A stretch of DNA of 64,000 nt from the NCBI GenBank assembly GCA_028534125.1, contig CM052816.1, forward strand, positions 37,264,001 to 37,328,000, written 5' to 3'. Made by a program: the position numbers and the translations under genes. This document shows positions 1-10,646 of this stretch, piece after piece (within the stretch, counting starts at the first letter, position 1; every line of letters starts with the position of its first letter). This DNA comes from Lama glama. Taxonomy: Eukaryota. The notes under the pieces were generated by a model. That model searched no databases. It was not told the DNA's origin and saw only the letters and a program-made list of their open reading frames with translations.

Positions 1-669
1 GATAAAGGAAGATTTATCTACAATGTTCCAAAACATTACTTCAAAAACTATACGTAAGAAAGCAAACACACAACAATGGAAGGAAACTTTAAATAATAGC
101 CTAATTTGAAACAACACTGAAGCAAGTTTGATTTTCTACTCAGTATCACTTTTATTTTTCAAGTCGCCAAAAATTGATTGATGATCTGGTTATAAATCAT
201 TTTCAGATTTGGTTTGGGAAAGTTAGACCAAAACTTCTAAGCTGAAAGGATAAAAAAAGGTTTTCTATATGAGTATACTTTAGAAGCTAAAGAGTTAGAG
301 AAATAAGGCAGGTTCCTAGATTAACCAGAGAGCCACAATTACTTTATCTAAGAAATTTAAAAGTAATTAATAGCAGCCACTAAAATGTTGAAGTATAGAA
401 ACTGGAAAACATACTGTACTCATAAAATTAATTTAAGTATTATTTTGGTCTCAACTTACATTTCGATAATACGCAAAACAAAATCTTTTTGGAAATCTGT
501 TGGGAAGATGGCCTGGAATGTCTCGAAACAGTGTTTGAACAATAGAAGAACATCTGTTCTGTTTTCTGTTTTGAGTTGTTTCATATGCCTCTAAAGTCTG
601 GCATAGCAAGTTTTGTTGTAACTTTTAATATTGTAATTGTTTCAATTCCTTATTATCTAATATCTATTA

Positions 670-1030
670 TTTTAATAGCTTAACTGAGAAGACTGACATA
701 CAGTAAACTGTACATATTTAAAGTGTACAATCCAGTTAGTTTTGATGCAGATACATGCTGAGATTGGCAAAACAATCACTATGTTAACATGTTTACCATC
801 CCCCAAAATTTACCCTGTCCCTTGTAATGCTTCCCACACACCTTCCTTAACACTTTTCCCTATCCCCCCAAAACCATGGATCTGCTTTCTGACACTATAT
901 GTTACATGGCATTTCCTACAATTTTAAGTTAATGGTATCATACAGTTTCTACACTTGTTTCTGGCTTAAAAAAATCAGCTTAATTATTTCGAACTTCATC
1001 CATGTTGTAACATTTATTCAGAATCCCATT
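670..1030 (-). mobile_element. Old L1 3' end fragment (L1MB/L1MC-type)
   Basis: TTTAATAGCTT...ACATACAGTAAACTGTACATATTTAAAGTGTACAAT...CTTCATCCATGTTGT resembles the antisense L1MB/MC 3'UTR; boundaries approximate. Confidence 0.8.
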
Positions 1031-1300
1031 TAGGGCACCCTCCTGTTCATGTGTTCTCCCCACCACTGCAGAACACAGGAAGAAAAGGGAGTAGTGCTTG
1101 TCTGCTATACAAATCCATTTTCACAAGTATCTATAAAAGTAATATAACAGAAGCTGAGTTGAAATATTTATTTTCTCTCACCTCACATCCTTTCTGGGAA
1201 AAAAAAAAAAAATTCCCCAGCTTCCACTTCTCAACTCTACCCCAGCTAGAAACCCAGTTCCCGAATGGGACTTGGAGAATGGAATAGAGTGAGAATGATT

Positions 1301-1546
1301 TCCCTCAATACTTTTCTTTTTTCTTTTATTGAATTTAATCAGTTATAATGTGTCAGTTTCATATAATGTGACTCATATGTGGAATCTAAAAGAAAAAAAA
1401 AAAGAGGACAGCAATGAGCTCATCTACAAAACAAAAACAGACTCGCAGACATAGTAAACCAATCTTACGGTTAGCAGGGGAAAGGGAGTGGGAAGGGATA
1501 AATTTGGGAGTTTGAGATTTGCAAATGATATCCCTCAATACTTTTC
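1301..1546. mobile_element. 5'-inverted (twin-primed) short artiodactyl-type L1 3' insertion with 16-bp TSD
   Basis: TCCCTCAATACTTTTC at 1301-1316 and 1531-1546. 1317-~1365 is the antisense L1 tail; ~1370-1530 is sense L1 3'UTR similar to the copy at 36140-36290. Confidence 0.85.
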
Positions 1547-4114
1547 ATAAAATAAGCTGTACCCGAAAGTAAAACACTCAGAGGAATATATCAAAAACAA
1601 GATAAAGTGTACCTACAATATGCTATACTTAAAGGAAAACTACTCAAAACACACATAAATCTCTCAACTACTTAGCCTTCTCTGGCTGTCTTTCTCTGCC
1701 CAGATCCCCCTGTTCCTGAGTGCCCTGTCTGGGTCTGGCCTCCAGACTCTGTGGAACTTAACTCCCCTACCTTGGGTTTCCCTAGGTGTTTATTAAGAGA
1801 AAATTTTGACAAGGAATATTAAAACTGTCGCAGAGTCAGATGGGAATCCAGACAGTTTCTGGATGAGTTTAAGAGATGCAGTAGAAACTCCTAGAATGTC
1901 ACAGTCCTGAATCAAGCTTGTGTTCAGTGGCTCAAATACATTTTTATAAATGTAAGATAAGTCAGTCTAATATTTCAATCAATTTGTAGCTAAAGAGTTC
2001 TGCCTAGTGCCATTTAAAATCTGATATCCTTCTTTTTAAAGTTAAAGTTTATTTTTCCTATAAATAAAATATTTTCATAGAATTTTGCTCTTGTATATTT
2101 ATTTGTAATAATTTATGAATAGAACTTTGTTTTTAGAACATCATTTCATATACATCACTGATTAGTCCTCTTGAGAAAATAACCAAATTTACAGGTTAAA
2201 TTATTTTTGGACACTTACATAGAAAATCAAGGAAGAAAACAGAATTATGACTCTGGTTTTATATGAAGTTTGAATCCTACTATGTGGCTAGTGAGCGCTT
2301 AGGGTGAGCACTGAGAGCCACCATCCTTTATTCTGGGTCTCCTCCTATCAGTCAGTCTGTAGATCTACTTACCTGTCAATTATCTATAATTTGTCTATCA
2401 TGTGTTATTTCTATCACTTTTTCTAAATGGTAGGTTACTTATTCATCCCATTGGGAAAGTTTCAAAGTTTTTTAAGCTTTGGGATCAATTGCCTCTTTTG
2501 TCCCTAGGTATACAACTTTATTCCTGGAAGCCTTGAGGACAAATTTAAACACATAGAAAAGGACACATTTTTCCTGATTTGCTATTGAACCAGGCTGTTA
2601 AGTGTGAACAGCTGAATCACATAACTCTGAGGGGAGGAGGGAGACTTCACATTGCAATTTATGTGAGTTATATGAATAATTACGTCCAAGAATTTGACAG
2701 TGTACTACATGCACGGGCTTATGTAACAGCCCTTCCTCATATTTCTGTGCCTGCATTTGTAACTACAGCATTGGGTTTTACTTGTACTATTACTGGCAGT
2801 CATTTTATACTCTGACATATCTAATCCAAATGACTCACTACTTCTCACAATCGAAGAATAACAGGGTGATAAGAAATATAAAACATAACATCGTCTCTTC
2901 CTATTTCATTACATATTCTCCTTGTAACAGGTGGGCCAAAACATCCCTGCAATTTGATTAGATAAGTGAAGAAATTATATTAGATTCAGTTCCCTGAATG
3001 GCCATCTACAGTAAATACAGCAGTGGTTTTCAATTTAAATTAAAATTGATTGTATGCTTTTTGGTTCTTCTAAGCTTTGGAACTGGAAAATTAAAAATTC
3101 ACACATAGCAATTTTGATTTGCTTCTGAGAGAAGGTTCTTGATTTAGATACCCAGCAGGCTGCCAGTGGGTAAACATAATAGTGGGGAAAATATAAAAGT
3201 ACTTATTTGGGATGCCATAATAATTCTATGGATAAAACTGAAAGCAGAGGCTACCTCTGGGCTTTTTAAACAATTATAAATCATAAACTATGAGTTGTTT
3301 TTGTTAGTGTTAAAAGCACAATAGTGGAGTTAGCATACCTCCTACTCTCCTCAAGATAGCCCCAGTTTACATATATTATCCCAGTATAATTTTCCCAGAG
3401 AATTTTTAGATTCTCTTATTTTTGTAACATGAATGCTGAAAGTCTTTTTATTATATATTATCTCATTTAAATACTAAAAGAAACATATGATTTAGATAGT
3501 ATTATTATGCTGTTTTACACCTGATTATTTCTTAATATTTCCAAGTGGCATAACATATATAAAATATGGGAGAAATGCAATATCCTCTCTTAACTTTTTA
3601 GCTACCTGGAATATCAGTTCTCTCTTTCTAATATTAATTCTATACTTTACATTGTGACAACTACTGCCATTCTCAAAAATAACCAACATATAACGTGAGT
3701 TGAATTGCCTTATTCTAATTTATATCAGTAACATTATAACATGAGTCATAGGCATCGGTCTGATTGTCCAATACACCCCTTCTTTTTTGTCATTTATCTT
3801 CACAATACTATAAATTTAAAAACTTTGTTATCTTTCAGCATTTATTTTACCTCACAGAAATCACCATATGCTAAGCTCTATTTTTCTGTTCAGTCTTATT
3901 AATTGGCATCATTCTTATATTTCTCTGTTGTTAAAAACACTAATAGTACTAAGAAAAATGTCTTCTTCAATACCCACTTTTAAGTCTGGAAATAAGATGG
4001 AATCATCATGTTACTGAGACTGACAGTACAAAAGAGTCAAAAATCCCTTTTTTGGAGCATCTGAGTGTACATGTCCCCTACAGGAACCAAACATGCCTTC
4101 TTCAACCTAGTTCA

Positions 4115-4312
4115 TATTATGATTTACTTAATCTTTACAACAATTCTGTATACTATTAAACTCTCAAGTGATTAAATGAAAAAAAAAACCACGGATAATT
4201 TGTGGATTAAGTAGCTTGCACAGCTTGCACACAATTATGCGCATAGAAATCAAGGATTAACACCCGCCTTTGCTGATTCTAGAACCTGTACTCCACTCAT
4301 ACCCCATACTGC
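4115..4312 (-). mobile_element. MIR SINE fragment
   Basis: TTAATCTTTACAACAATTCTG...ATTAAGTAGCTTGC...GGATTAACACCC...GATTCTAGAACC resembles antisense MIR core. Confidence 0.6.
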
Positions 4313-4594
4313 CCACCCCTGCCCTGCTGAACTTCTCTTTGTTGCTCTCCTCTTCCTTTTTCCTTTAAGACCTCACGTTGTCTCTCTTTCTCATATTCTG
4401 GACAAAAGGAGCAAAGTAAGTTCCACCAGGGGGAACAAAAGATTGAGAACACAGGCCCCAAGTCCGTACCTTCCTCTCTCCCTGAATCCTCTTGTTAAAA
4501 GGACTTTTCTGAAAGAGTCATTTCTGAAGACTAAAAGTGACTTAAACTCAACATCAGAAAGTTCTATTATTGTAGAGTATGAGGGCCTAGAAGA

Positions 4595-4715
4595 ATTCAT
4601 TTTATAGATGGAAAAAAAATGAGACAGAGAAGAAAGGATTTGCCTCAAAATCACACATCTGGTAAATTTTAGAACTGAGCAGAGGACCTGGGTCTTCTGG
4701 GTCTTACATTCACAC
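4595..4715 (-). mobile_element. MIR/MIR3 fragment
   Basis: CATTTTATAGATGGAAAAAAAATGAGACAGAGAAG...ATTTGCCTCAAAATCACACATCTGGTAA core motif. Confidence 0.65.
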
Positions 4716-5194
4716 TGTTGTTTCCTAAATTGTGGGGCTATTGGATGAGATACAGTTCTCAAGGCGATTTTAGCTGTTACATGGCAACAGCATTAGATAG
4801 GAGTAAATCACATACTGAAAAAGTTATTCCCATTTCAATTCCTTACAATCCTTCAATGAGAAATTCTCAATTTAATGCTAGCATGTCTTTTAACCCCATT
4901 TAGACATTTCTCAACCCTTGCTTTCTGGTATTGAAGAGCATAAAGCAAATGACACAACAAATACCTGTGTCTTTCTATTTGTTTTGAAAAACAGAATAGC
5001 ATATTGATACATATGGCCTTCATTCATTTTTATTTCTATGTATTAGTCTACTTGCCAGTGCTCTATTAATATGCATTTCTTAGCTCCAGTTTTCTTGTTT
5101 GTTGTTGTTGTTGTTGATACTACAAGCAAAGCAGGGAGATGGGTGAAAAATCACAGCACAGGAATCTTAGGGCAGAAAAAATATGCCCTATGAG

Positions 5195-5472
5195 AGTAGA
5201 ATGATGGTTATATGACATTGTACATTTTTCTAAACCTGTAGAATATACCCCAGAGTACCAAGAGTGAACCCTAAGGTAAACTGTGGACTCTGGGTGATTA
5301 TGATATGTAATGCTGGTTTATTAGTGGTAACAAATGTAAGAAATAGACTGCTGTGATGAGGGGGTGTTGATAATAGAGGAAGATGTATGTATGTGGAGGC
5401 TGGGAGTATGTGGGAAGTATCTGTACCTTCCTATCAATTCTCCTGTGAACCTAAAACTGTTCTAAAAAAATT
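5195..5472 (+). mobile_element. L1MC1-type 3' end
   Basis: GTGAACCCTAAGGTAAACTGTGGACTCTGGGTGAT...CTGTGAACCTAAAACTGTTCTAAAAAAA matches the recalled L1MC1/2 terminus. Confidence 0.85.
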
Positions 5473-5559
5473 AGGACTTCATATAAAAACATTTTAAAGT
5501 TATTTATCTGTATATTTATGTATTCATCTATTAAATTATTTATTTATCTTGCCTTTCTT

Positions 5560-5865
5560 ACTGGATGGTCTATGTCTGGCAATGCCATCTTGATTTCAAA
5601 ATTTTTAAAAAAATTTCAGTGTTTTACAGTCAAGTACAATTTGCAAGTGGTTGAGATAAATTTTTTTATCAGATAAAAGAGATTTCATTTTACACTTCGC
5701 TTGGTAACTTTTTTTCTTGTAAAGGATGTTGAATATTATCACAGTATTATTGGAGTGGTCATTACCTGTTTATTTTAAATTTATTCATCTGTGGAATTAT
5801 GTTGACTGAATTGTTATGTTTATTTATTCTTAAATTCATCTGAAAAACTCACCTTTGACATGAGT
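5560..5865 (-). mobile_element. Ancient L1 (L1M/L1ME) ORF2 fragment
   Basis: Degenerate antisense ORF2-like text (TTTCAGTGTTTTAC..., AAGGATGTTGAATATTATC). Confidence 0.45.
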
Positions 5866-5876
5866 AGGAGTACAGA

Positions 5877-6353
5877 CAGGCATACCTCAGTAATATTGTG
5901 GTTCAGATCCAGACCACTGCAGTGAAGGGAAGATTGCAATAAAGCAAGTCACACATTTTCTGGTTTCTTAGTGCATATGAAAGTTACATTCACACTATAC
6001 TAAATAGTTGATTTAGTGCACAATAGCTTTATGTCTTAAAAAATTTCCATAACTTAATTTTAAAAGAATTTGTTAAAAATTCTAGCTATGAGCTGAGCCT
6101 TCAGCAAGTTATAGTAGTATCCTCAAAGATCACTGATCACAGATCATCATAACAAATATAATATAATGAAAAAGTTTGAAACAGTGTGAAAATTACCAAA
6201 ATGTGACCCAGAGACATGAGGTGAGTACATGCTGTTGGAAAAATGACTCCTAAGAATTGCTGGACTCCAAGTTGCCATCAGCTTTCAATTTATAAAAAAC
6301 ACAATACCTGCAAAGCACAGTACAGTGAAGCACAATACAATGAGATATAACAG
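5877..6353 (-). mobile_element. Internally deleted Tigger1 derivative (Tigger1a-type, TcMar-Tigger)
   Basis: Begins CAGGCATACCTC (Tigger1 TIR), contains CCAGACCACTGCA...AATAAAGCAAGTCACAC and AAGATCACTGATCACAGATCA, ends with a degenerate TIR followed by TA. Confidence 0.85.
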
Positions 6354-6424
6354 TATAAATTTTATAAGTATATGCACAAATAAAATTTATACATACACAT
6401 ACCATACACACCCACCCATATTTA

Positions 6425-6620
6425 TATTAAGTACTGTGATGAGTCTGAGATTTTACCGTCTTTGGAAGCCAAACTTCCAAACTTGTTAGTTTGCCAGCCA
6501 ATTTTACGGATGCTAGCAAAGGGTATGAAACTACTGGGTCAAAGATAAGTCTTTAATCCTCACAGTAATATCCATAGTCAAAGTGTCACCATGGAGAATT
6601 ATCCAACAAAGTCCACATCT
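6425..6620 (-). mobile_element. LTR40-type ERV-L LTR, 3' (R/U5) portion
   Basis: ACTGTGATGAGTCTGAGATTTTACC...GGATGCTAGCA...CTGGGTCAAAGATAAGTCTTTA resembles the reverse complement of the recalled LTR40 3' end. Confidence 0.75.
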
Positions 6621-9430
6621 CATTTTTATACTTTCTTGCTTTCTGGAAAGTTTTCCCTTGAGCGTGTCATTTGGTTGGTCATTCTGATTAATCTGATAGA
6701 AGCTGACATAGTATCCAGTTTGTCTCACTTAGCAGGCAATTAAGGCTACTATAACCAAGGCTCTAAACAGCATACAAAGCCAAACCTTCAGTATTGAACT
6801 CAACCATGACAACCAAGGACCTGGATCCAGCCAGCTGAGTAATTCCATAAACTTACAGGGCATACTTCAAAAAGCCAGATGGCTTTCTCCTTAAGTTTCT
6901 GTAAAGATCTTTTTATGTGTCCCAAGGCTTTAATCAGGCAGAGCAAGGTGTATTAGTAATTTTACACTATATTTTGACTTATAAGGAGGAAATCTGGGGT
7001 AATCTTATTATTTATAATTCTTGCCAGTGAGTTGCAGCTGATCTGAATCCAGGGATCAGGCGGTACCATCACTGATCACTTCATTGAAATTCTGGGGAAA
7101 AAAAATGTAACAACTCTTTTAAATGGATAACTCCAATTATGGGGTAACTGCCTACTGGTAACATAGAAATAATGATTCAGTTATCCCTACAGGAAGCTTC
7201 CTCAGGGAATTGAGGGCAGCCTCATTTGGAAAAAATCTGCAAATGATCTAAGGGTTACAGGATTTACTACTGGAGTTTCGTTAAACTCATAAAGCAAAGT
7301 TTCCTTTAAGCTTTGATTTGGATGGCAAAGTGCTGGATACTGTTTCTCCAAAAGGGATAGCTGAAATTCTTTCATGTGATGTTGAGATGTCATTGGGGCC
7401 ATCGTTTTTGAATATACCATTTCCATTTGACAAGCAGTGCACATTTGGCCCTTTTGCATTTTAGTCACTGTATCCAAATTAATTTACCCCAATAAGGCAA
7501 AATCAGGCAGGAGGGTTACTAGGTTTCCATAGTGTAGACATTCAGTTTTGACAAGAACTTGATAGCAAACTAGTAACTGTTTTTCAAAATGGATATATCT
7601 CCATGTCAAGGAGATGACAAATTCAAAACAAAGTCGTGCTTTCCTTTGCCAGAGACTCTGATAAGCCAACTCATCAGCCACAGGGACTTGTAACCAGAGG
7701 GCCATTAGATTATTTGCCTAGAAGGTAGAGAGCATACCTTAGCTTGCTAAATATCTTCCAAAAGATGCTGATTTGTGGGCTAGATGATATAAAGAATCTA
7801 CTATAATGACCCAGTGAAGCACATTTGAATTCCAATATACAAGGGACTCAAAGATGTTCTGGATCTCTTTTTGGTGATGTTGGTCAAAGAGATAACATTC
7901 AGGATTTCTCTTTGCTATTGAAGAGATTAAGCACTCTACATCTTTCCACATAGTCCAGGTAACTTTTCTTGGCAGTCAGGCCTCTGAATAAATTTTTAGC
8001 TATTGACATATGTGTAATAACACTGCACTCTTGTCCATTGAGTTTAAGACTTCTAACCTGCTACCCAATACAATGAAAGCTTTTATTTTTATCTAAGAAA
8101 GTAGACACTCACATTAAATCATAATCTGACTACTCATGGCAAAAAGTAGAGGAGTTTATATATCCCTTGAAAACTACTGCAAACAAAGATTGGAGGACTT
8201 GCCATACGAATGGGAATTGGTCTTGGCCCTCAGATGCTGGTAGGATATAAAAGAGGTGGTTAGCAATGTCTAAGGCTGCATACCCAGTGTCATCAGCCTG
8301 GGCAGTAGATTCAGTTACAGTCATAATTTCTGGAAAAACTGAGTCTGTGAGAGAAACAACCAAATTCGGTTGACGGTAACCTACTGTAAGTCCTCAGATC
8401 CTGTGAGACTTTTCTGCTGGCATCATGGCTATTGTGTTGAAATATTTCCTCTCTTATCACTCCTGCTGCCTTAAGGTACTAATCAAGGCTGTGTTTTCCC
8501 TTTCTCTCGCTGGAATTCTGCATTGCTTTTGTTTGACTATCAAAGCAGGGACAGGGAAGTGGTTTGGAAGTGATTTACATATCCCACTAACACTTCTTCA
8601 CTTTGAGCTATTTCCAGTCCAGAGGAGCCCCTCTGAACTTTATGAACATTCACATTAGAAGCATGTGAAACACTGATCACAATTAAACATGCAGCAGAAG
8701 TCACAATAATACATAGACCATTCCAAAAGCTTCCACCCACAAGGTAATTTCAGTTTCCTTTCCCTGCTGTGACTCTTATCCCAAATCCATCAGATAAATT
8801 TGAGTTCTCCTGCCCAACAAGAGCAGGTACAGTGGTGACTTGGGTGTTTGTATTCAACAGAGCCATACAGTTTGAGCCCCTCCCTTTTCAAAGTTCTTCA
8901 CCATACTCAGATGGGTGAATATGGCCTTTGAGTTCCCCTTAGACATAAGGAGATCTTGACTGTACCACCTTTCTCCTTAGAACAGCTGAGGCCTGGGTAG
9001 ATTGGAAGGAGAGACCAAGGGTCATGAAAGGAGAAAGTGGCTCAGTACCAGTAAGTGTGGCTTTGCACTTACTTTTGATTTGGGGGCATCATGGCTTGCA
9101 GCTCAATCAGATGCATCAGTTTACCAGATGCTATATTAAATGCTGAGACCTTCATGGCTGATACCATCTATTTCAGACATGAAGACCTCTTGCCTAAGCC
9201 ATATTCTTTTCTGAATGGCGTAGGGTTAGCTCTTTTTGACTGATTTTGGCTTGACTGGTGCATTCAGGCCTTCAAACAAGGTCCATATTCATAAGGACCA
9301 CTTTTATTCCATTGATACAATACTACTTTAAGTTTTCACCTAGTTTTGCCATAGGGCTGTGGGAATTTTCAAGAGTGATGGTGATAGCCAGAGGAATTTG
9401 CCTACATATCTTTGGGAAAGTTTCTCATTC
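6620..9430 (-). mobile_element. Decayed ERV-L internal region (gag-pro-pol, HERVL40-like), non-functional
   Basis: Minus-strand peptides align by eye to ERV-L proteins: RT YAALDIANHLFYI...QDQFPFVWQ...KGYINSSTFCH (8130-8363); VYWNSNVLHWVIIVDSLYHLAHKSASF (7739-7951); connection/RNase H YIHFEKQLLVCYQVLVKTE (7484-7705); degenerate protease ALLNTNTQVTTVP (~8826-8865); gag-like SEIDG (~9160-9180). Many stops and frameshifts. Confidence 0.9.
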
Positions 9431-10646
9431 TTCAGTAAGTTACATTAGTCAGTATTATAAACCAAATCAGAAGCAATAACATGTGTTTTCTTCTGGCTTT
9501 TAAGAAACTTAGAACCACATTTTAAGTTATGAATCGTAACTCCAAAGTATTTATCATGTATATCAATTTTTAAGTATGTCCTATATTTGTATTACCCTTA
9601 ATTCTAATACTTTAATTTAAAAATTATAATTCTGTTATAGGAATTAACTCTCTTCCAGCTTCAAATCATTTATTTAATTAATTGTACTTTATGATTAATC
9701 TGTAGTGAAATAGTTAACTCCTCACAGATTCCCAAATAAATTTTAGAATTTTTCTACCCTATTGAAACTTCAGTAATAGATCCTGGCTCTTTTCTTTGTC
9801 CACAAACACCTATGAATGTGGGAGCACATATACATGCTAAAGCTTCAAGCTTCGCAGTCAGACAGGAATCTGTATAAGGCGCAGCAAAAATCTCTTGCCA
9901 CTTCTGGACAGATATTTTCCTCTGCAAGTGGATAAGTTGAGTTACTTTGTTTCTGTTAGCAGCGACTTACTGTTATAAATATTTCCCTCCCAATTGCACC
10001 AAAAATAATGGAGATTTCCTTAATGGATTTCATTTTATCTGCAATTTCCAAATGCATTTATGTTTATTATTAACAACGTTAAAATGATTTTTGTTGAAAA
10101 GTATCAGAACCAAAATCTTCTGTAAGTATCTTTTGATTGGTTTAGATTGACCTTAGAGTGATGTTCCTTTCCAGTGTTCATTGCAAAATTACTTCAGGTC
10201 ATATTTATTATCCTTGTGGATTTTTGAACAGATCTTCTAGACTTTTCTGATTTCCAAGCAAAGATATTGAAGTTTTGTAAAAAATATTGTATTTAAACTG
10301 ATGTAGTCTTCAAAGCAGCATCTGGTAAAGAGTTTAATTGGCAAGAGACAGAAACACAATGCATTCAAAACCTGCCTCAAAATCATGTTACAGATTGATT
10401 GTGGAGCTGAGAGTAGATTTTAGGACTATTTATTTATTTTTTTATTTGTCTTTGATTAATTCACAAAAATGGTTTGTGTTAAGTTGAGAGGAGAAAAATT
10501 CTAGATGACCTCCCAAGTCTTGTTCATTTTTAAAATGTCTAGATCTCTCTTATCTAAATAATACTTTCTCCTTATATAGATGTGTATTTTTGTGCTTATT
10601 AACATTATCTCATACTCTCAAAGCAAGAAAGTAGTGAAACTTAATA

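Noticed and set aside
9960..10375. Minus-strand acceptor/donor-like signals suggesting a coding exon
   Set aside because: Stops occur in all frames after the candidate acceptor; a non-coding exon cannot be supported from sequence alone
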